NCBI RefSeq assembly: GCF_009914755.1
Contig: NC_060932.1
Reading direction: 5' to 3' (one strand)
DNA: 64,000 nt
Origin: the human T2T-CHM13v2.0 reference genome, Homo sapiens
A model generated the notes under the pieces. The model saw only the letters and a program-made list of their open reading frames with translations. It was not told where the DNA came from and ran no database searches. Position 1 is the stretch's first letter; the number at the start of each line of letters is the position of its first letter. Shown here piece by piece: positions 57,744 through 64,000 of this stretch. A program made the position numbers and the translations under genes.

Positions 57744-58029
57744 TTTTTTTTTCTTTGAGACAGAGTCTCGCTCTGTCGCCCAGTGGCGCGATCTTGGCTC
57801 ACTGCAAGCTCTGCCTCCCGGGTTCACGCCATTCTCCTGCCTCAGACTCCCCAGTAGCTGGGACTACAGGCACCTGCCACCACGCCTGGCTAATTTTTTT
57901 TTTGTATTTTTAATAGAGACGGGGTTTCACCGTGTTAGCCAGGATGGTCTCGATCTCTTGACCTCATGTTCCACCCCCCTCAGCCTCCCAAAGGGCTGGA
58001 ATTACAGGCTTGAGCCACCGCGCCCGGCC
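57744..58029 (-). mobile_element. AluY-like with a 12-nt internal deletion
   Basis: TSD ctgagctgaatctt at 57730-57743 and 58030-58043. Reads cgcccagtgg where the consensus has cgcccaggctggagtgcagtgg. Confidence 0.96.
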
Positions 58030-58096
58030 CTGAGCTGAATCTTGAAATGTGAGTAGATGTTTGTTAGATAAACCAGGAAAGGGCACCTTAGGCCAT

Positions 58097-58970
58097 CGTG
58101 GATGACATGATGCACTTCTCAGGTCCCTCTTCAAAACTGAAGGATTAATTCCTCTAGCTGCTGGGGGCTCTGTTGACAGACAGCCCTCTGCTGCCCACCT
58201 TCTTCATGAGCTGTCTCAGCGAAGAGATTGTTCAGCCAAGGTCATGGCCTTTCCTTTCCTGGGAAAGTCCACATTCAATGACTGGTTGATGTAGGGGCTA
58301 TAAAGGCCCAGTTCTTCACCCCAACTTGGGCAAGTCAGAAGGTTCATTCCAAGTTTAGATCTCCTGGTTGGTTTCCTAAGGCCTTTGTTAGACATATCAC
58401 AGCCCAACTTCCCCCTCTGCTCAATTTTGATTTCTTTCCTACCCACCCCAACAATGCTCCCTAATAAACCTCCTGCATGCTAATTCCCACCTAGATATCG
58501 GCTTCCTGAGGAGCCTAAACTGGAAGAGTTGATACCAGAAGTGGTGCATGAAAGCAGATGCTAGCTAAGATAGGATTTTGGAGTCAGACTACATGTTGTC
58601 ACAGTGGCAAGGACACTGTTATTCCTGGTAGGCAGAACATAGATAGTGCCTGGCCCAAGGCAGTTATGCAATTGTAAAGACTTGCACTGGTGTTGAACAG
58701 AGATAGGATACAAGTGGAAGGGAATGTACTAGTAAGTGTAACATGTCAGGTGTTAGAGAAATGTGAGAGAAACTGTAACTTAAAGGACAATTATATTGTA
58801 TTGTATAAAGGCTGCTGCTAAACACAACTGATCAGGAAAGGCTGAGAGAGGAAGTGTGAAACCAGAGGACTGGACTGGGAGCACTATGAAGAGGTTTTCA
58901 TTTCCTGAAACCAGAGGACAGAGAAAGCTGAGGGCTAGGACCAGTACTTCATCATAAGATTAGCAGTGAC
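58097..58970 (+). mobile_element. ERVL LTR (LTR16-like) plus start of ERVL internal sequence
   Basis: The LTR has ctccctaataaacctcctgcatgctaa near 58460, then gttgataccagaagtggt (ERVL internal start). Confidence 0.7.
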
Positions 58971-59064
58971 GTCAGGTTCTGGACATAATAGAGTAATAAA
59001 ACAGGGTTTACCCTCTAGCCTAAAAATCTATACAAAACATACAAAAGTAATTTTTTAAATTTGG

Positions 59065-61510
59065 GCATAAGGAAATAAAAAGGAAAATTAGAAAGTATTT
59101 TGAACAGAGTTAAAAATTACAAGGAGGCTGAGGCAGGAGAATGGCGTGAACCCAGGAGGCAGAGCTTGCAGTAAGCTGAGATCGTGCCACTGCACTCCAG
59201 CCTGGGTGACAGAGCAAGACTCCGTCTCAAAAAAAAAAAAAAAAAAAAAAAATTACACAGAAAAGCAACATATCAAAATTTGCAGGATACAGCTAAAACA
59301 TTACTTAGAGGTAAATTTATAGCATTAAATACTTATAGTAGGAATAAAGAAAGGTCTCAAATATTGGCTTCCACTTTAAGGATCTAGAAAAAGAACAAAT
59401 TAAACCCAAAATAAGCAGAAGAAAGTAAATAATGAAGATTATAACAGAAATCAATGAAATGAAAAGCAGAAAAAAATAGAGAAAAATTAATAAAAATTAA
59501 AGCTGGCTCTTTAAGAAAATAAAATTGGTAAACTTTCAGTCAGACTTATCAGCAAAAAAGAGAGAAGACACAAACTGCCAATATTAGGAGTGAGAGAGGT
59601 AACATCATATGTATTCTACAGATATTATAGGTAACTTTATGCCAATAAATTCAAGAACATCAATTAAACGGGTGAATCCCTTAAAAGACACAAATTACAA
59701 AAGCTCACTCAAGAATATATAGATGAGCTGAACAGCCCTATATCTACTGGATATGTAGTTAAAAACCTTTCTTTCCACAAATAAAACTATGGCACAGATG
59801 TCTCCTTTGATTAATTCTACCAAAAACTTAAGGGAAAATAATACCCCATATACACAAACTCTTGTAGAAAATTGAAGAGGAAATAATACTTCCCATTATA
59901 TTCTATAAGGTCAGAATTACAACCAATCAAATGCATTACAAGAAAAGAAAACTACAGATCCATGTACCTCATGAACACATATGTAAAAATCCTAAGCAAA
60001 AAAATTTTGCAAATCAAATCCAACAACATAATAAAAAAATTATACATTATAACCAAGGGGGGAGTTATCCAATGTATACGAGGTTGATATAATGCTCAGA
60101 AATCCAAGTAACATACAATATTAATAAACTAACAAAGTGATAATGTCAGTAGAGACAAAACAGCAGTTGACAAAATCCACCATCCATTCCCAATTTTAAA
60201 AAGACAACAACTCGGAAAACCAGAAATAAAAAGGAACTCAACTTGACAAGGAGCATCCACAAAACACCTATAATCAACATTATATCGAGCAGAGAAAGAC
60301 TCTTCCCGTAAGAATCAGAAAAAAAGGCCAGGAAATCTGTTCTCACCACTTCAACATTATACTGAAGGTTCTAGCAATAGGCAAGGAAAAACAAGGCATC
60401 CAGGTGGTAGAGAAGTAGAATTATTTCTATTTGCAGATGATATGACTGTCTACAGAGAATATCAAATGGAATTCATATAAAAAGCTAATTGAATAAGAAA
60501 GTTTGAAAAGATTGCAGAATATAAGATCTATATGAAAAAATCAAGTATACTTCTATATACTCAACACTTACAATGGCATCAAAAATATGAAGTACTTAGA
60601 GATAAATCAGAAAAATATGTGCAAAGTCTGTCCATTGAAAACTTCAAAAATATTGTAGACATTTTGTAATATCTAAATAAATGGAGATATATCCCTTGTT
60701 TTTGGGTCAGAAGATTCAATATTGTTAAGATACTCATTCTCCCCAAATCGAGCTACAGATTTAACACAATTCAGGTCAAAATCCCAGCAGACTTATTTTT
60801 GTACAAATTGACAAGATACTACTGAAATTCATATAGAAATGTAAAGGATCTGAATACAACTTTAAAAGATTAAAAAATTTAGAGGAAAAACACTACTGGA
60901 TTTCAAGACTACTTATTACAAAGCTCCAGTAATCAAGACAGTGTGAAATTGGCACAGAGGAAGACAAATAAATCAATGAATCAGAAAAGAAAGTCGAGAA
61001 CACACATATACAAGCCACTGGTTTATCCAAAGGTTCAATTCAATGGAGAGAGCATAGTCCTCAACAAGTGGGGCTGGTACTACTGGATTTCCATATTAAA
61101 AAAAAAAACACACACAACAACAATGTAATCTACATCTCACATCATATACAAAAATTGAGTCAAATGAATGATGGAATAGCATAAAACCAAAAATTATAAA
61201 ATTTCTAGGAAAAAAAAGAGAAAAATCTATGTAAACTTAGCAAAGATTTCTTGGATATGACATCAAAAGCAAGATCTATAAAATAATAAATTAAACTTCA
61301 AAATTTAAATCTTCTCTTTCAAAATAATTAAGAGAAGGAAAATATAAGCCATAGGTGGGGAGAAAATACTTGCAAATCATGTATCTGATGACCTATATCC
61401 AGAATATATAGAAGACTCTTAAAACTCAAGGATAAGAAAACAAATCAATGTATAAAATGGGCAAAATATTTGAAGACATTTCACCAAAGAAGATCTATAG
61501 ATGACAAATG
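59065..61510 (+). mobile_element. Old L1M ORF2 remnant
   Basis: Degenerate ORF2 (tttgcagatgatatgactgtc, gaagattcaatattgttaagat, caccaaagaaga). Confidence 0.85.
59122..59247 (+). mobile_element. 5'-truncated AluY (right arm only)
   Basis: ggaggctgaggcaggagaatggcgtgaaccc with a long pure A tail. TSD aaaaattaca at 59112-59121 and 59248-59257. Confidence 0.93.
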
Positions 61511-61789
61511 TGTCCCAGTAATACAAAATGCATTCAATAGTATAAAATTTAAGAATAAAGACACTAGATCTTCTCTAAATCACAACACACACCAGATTAA
61601 ATGCACAGAGAGGAACTAATTCATTTTCCTCTTGCCACCATCCCCAGGCTCAATATTGGTCCTCCTGAGCAGACACAAACATCAAAAATAGTGGTCTCTT
61701 CAACTTTACATGAGAATTTGCACCATGACCTCTCCTTTTCTCACCAAACTGTCTCTTACTCCTAAGAGACAATATAGCAAACATACACA

Positions 61790-62022
61790 AGAGTGCGGGC
61801 TCTGCTTACCATCCCAGATATACCACTTACTGTGTGGCACTGGGCACGCTGCTTAACCTCTTTGTGCTCCAGATTCCTCATCTGCAAAATGGAGGTGATG
61901 ATACTAGTGTCTACCTCAAAAGATTTTTGTGAGAATTCAATGAGTACACACACAGAGAAACTTTCAGAACACTGACTAGAAGGCAATAAGCAGCTCAATA
62001 ACTGTGAGTGAGCTATTATTAT
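61790..62022 (+). mobile_element. MIR
   Basis: cacttactgtgtggcactgggc...cttaacctct...ttcctcatctgcaaaatggagg...gagctattatt. Other MIRs lie near 4900, 11090, 13500, 25620, 28180, 47000, 49620, 51830, 56500 and 62460. Confidence 0.8.
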
Positions 62023-63280
62023 CATCCTTTCTCAGGAGCCCAAATTTCTCCTTTAGTTGAAGGAGGTTGAGAATTGTGGAAAGAGCCGCGAAAGCCGGGA
62101 AGCTCGTATCCTAGGTTCGACGTCTCTCCTGACTGACGGGATGTGACACTGGCTGAATCAATGTTCCCCTCCTCATCTCTAAAATGAACAGGTACACTAG
62201 ATGAACTCTCGAGCACGGTCTCTCTAAAACCTGTACTAATGACATCCCTGCGTCTTTTTTTGGAAAATACAGGAAAGGCAGCGGAAAAAAGGGCACACAG
62301 GAGCAGTCAGGAGATGTTAGCAAGAGGCAGAAGGCCATTTATTGGGAAGCACGGGGGAGAGAGAACATGTAAAAAGGGTTTGTGGCACAGCAAAAGAGGA
62401 CCACTTTCTCCACCCACATCTTTCAAATCTGTCCACTCGCCTCAGTCCTGTGGGCGGCAGTGCGGTGTAATGCAGGACCCAGAGGAAATCTTCGTGGGTT
62501 CTGTTCCCAGCCCTGATAGTTACTGTGTGATTTACTCTCTGTGCCTCACCAAAGAAATAGAGATGTCAGTAATCCTTCCCTGCCTTAAAAGGCTGCTGGG
62601 AAGATCAAACAAGAGAATGCAGGTAAAGCATGTTAACCAAGCCTGGCACATCAGAGCTACTCATTGGAGGAGTGCTTGTCATCTGTCCTGCTGCCACGAC
62701 CTCAGTTCAGCCTACTATCTCCCACTCGAACTCCTATAGGGCCAAGCTATGCCCATGAACAAAACCTTTTGGTTTCTCTGTGGCTCTTTTGATAAATTTC
62801 TAAATCCTAAGTACAAAACCTGTATGAGCGGATCCCTGCCTACCTGTCAGGCCTTCCTTATCTCTTTGCTCTCCACTCCTTCTTTCTGTCTCACACCAGT
62901 TCCTGTCAGTGACAATTAGCCACCAAGAAGCCCTGCTCTTTCTCACCTCTGGGCAATTCACTGAGCTTTCCTGTTTCCTTTCCAGACAGCACTGCTTCCT
63001 CAGAGAAGCCTCCACCCACCTTGGGGTTAGGTCCCCTACCCACACCCTCAGGGCACAGGCACCCCTCTCTCTCCTGGCTGTAACCACTATACTTCTGTTT
63101 GTCTTCTCCCTCCCTAGGAGGGTAGGCCCACATCTGCCTCCTTCCTCACTGTATCCTGCATTCAATACCTGATTCAAGGTAGACACTCCGATGCAAGTCT
63201 GACAAGTTAATGATTTAACAAATCAAAGTGGGCACGACTCAGAGAAAGAGGGCAAAGGAAAATTCCCGACATAAAAAAGC

Positions 63281-63528
63281 GAAGAAGAAGGAGAAGGAGA
63301 AGGAGGAGAAGGAGCAGGAGGAGCAGGAGCAGAAGGAGCAGGAGGAGGAGGAGCAGGAGGAGGAGGAGCAGGAGGAGGAGGAGCAGGAGGAGGAGGAGCA
63401 GGAGGAGGAGGAGGAGGAGGAGAAGGAGGAGGAAGAGGAGGAGGAGAAGGAGAAGGAGGAGGAGGAGAAGGAGGAGGAGGAGAAGGAGGAGGAGAAGGAG
63501 GAGGAGGAGAAGGAGAAGAAGAAAAAAA
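63281..63528 (+). repeat. Polypurine (GAG/AAG/CAG) trinucleotide-based repeat
   Basis: About 250 nt of almost pure purine sequence, including tandem GAGCAGGAGGAGGAG 15-mers. Confidence 0.95.
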
Positions 63529-63895
63529 CCAACTAGGGTGAGACCAGGGGATGGGGAGACAGCCCTGAGAAGAGAGGAAGAAATATCAGTAGCTGATTTA
63601 GGAAAGGAGTTTCAACATTTACAAATCACTCCCCCCCGACCCCCACCTCTCCCACTTGCAGGCTGTCAGGTCTTCCAGGGCAGAAAGCCCATCATCTGGA
63701 GCAGTCTCTTGATTTAAAAAAAGTTAATTATGACATTTTTACAATGATAAGTGATCAATTAGGTAGAGCTGTACAAAACTGCCATATGGGGAGCTCAAAA
63801 ACGTTGTCGATATCAAAATGGTTCATACAATATAAATAACTTACCCGCATCACCTTGCAGTTTGTTAGTATATTCTTAAAGAAACACGTTTACTA

Positions 63896-64000
63896 CCGGG
63901 CGCAGTGGCTCACGCCTGTAATCGCAGCACTTTGAGAGGCCGAGGCGGGCGGATCACCTGAGGTCAGGAGTTCGAGACCAGCCTGGCCAACATGGCAAAA
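63896..64000 (+). mobile_element. Alu 5' end (AluSx-like), cut by the window edge
   Basis: ccgggcgcagtggctcacgcctgtaatc... with many CpGs retained. Confidence 0.93.

Noticed and set aside
63228-63536. Glu-rich 102-aa ORF and Ser-rich antisense ORF
   Set aside because: Both are translations of the simple purine repeat, with no splice or homology support.

Overview
This is human-like primate genomic DNA, AT-rich and dense in repeats. It covers the interior of DNAAF11 (LRRC6, a dynein-arm assembly factor and primary ciliary dyskinesia gene) on the minus strand. I could place coding exons 2-9 exactly, all with GT-AG boundaries, and they join into one open frame of 1034 nt (c.11-c.1044 by my recollection of the 466-aa protein). 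Exon 1 should lie beyond 64000 and exons 10 onward below position 1. Exon 6 reads Ile at residue 232, where I recall Thr in the reference protein. The rest is intron filled with retroelements. These include a full-length but broken L1PA6-like element, a 5'-inverted (twin-primed) L1PA3-like insertion, three short L1PA 3' ends, old L1M/L2/MIR fragments, twelve Alus (most with target-site duplications, TSDs), ERVL/MaLR LTRs and hAT MITEs. I found no evidence of a new multi-gene system. The best leads are three short non-tandem 'doublet' duplications, a candidate poison exon next to a consensus CTCF site, a candidate Alu exon, repeat pairs that could delete or circularise exons, and an L1 antisense promoter pointing into exons 4-9. 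Repeat subfamily names come from memory of consensus sequences and need RepeatMasker/Dfam confirmation.
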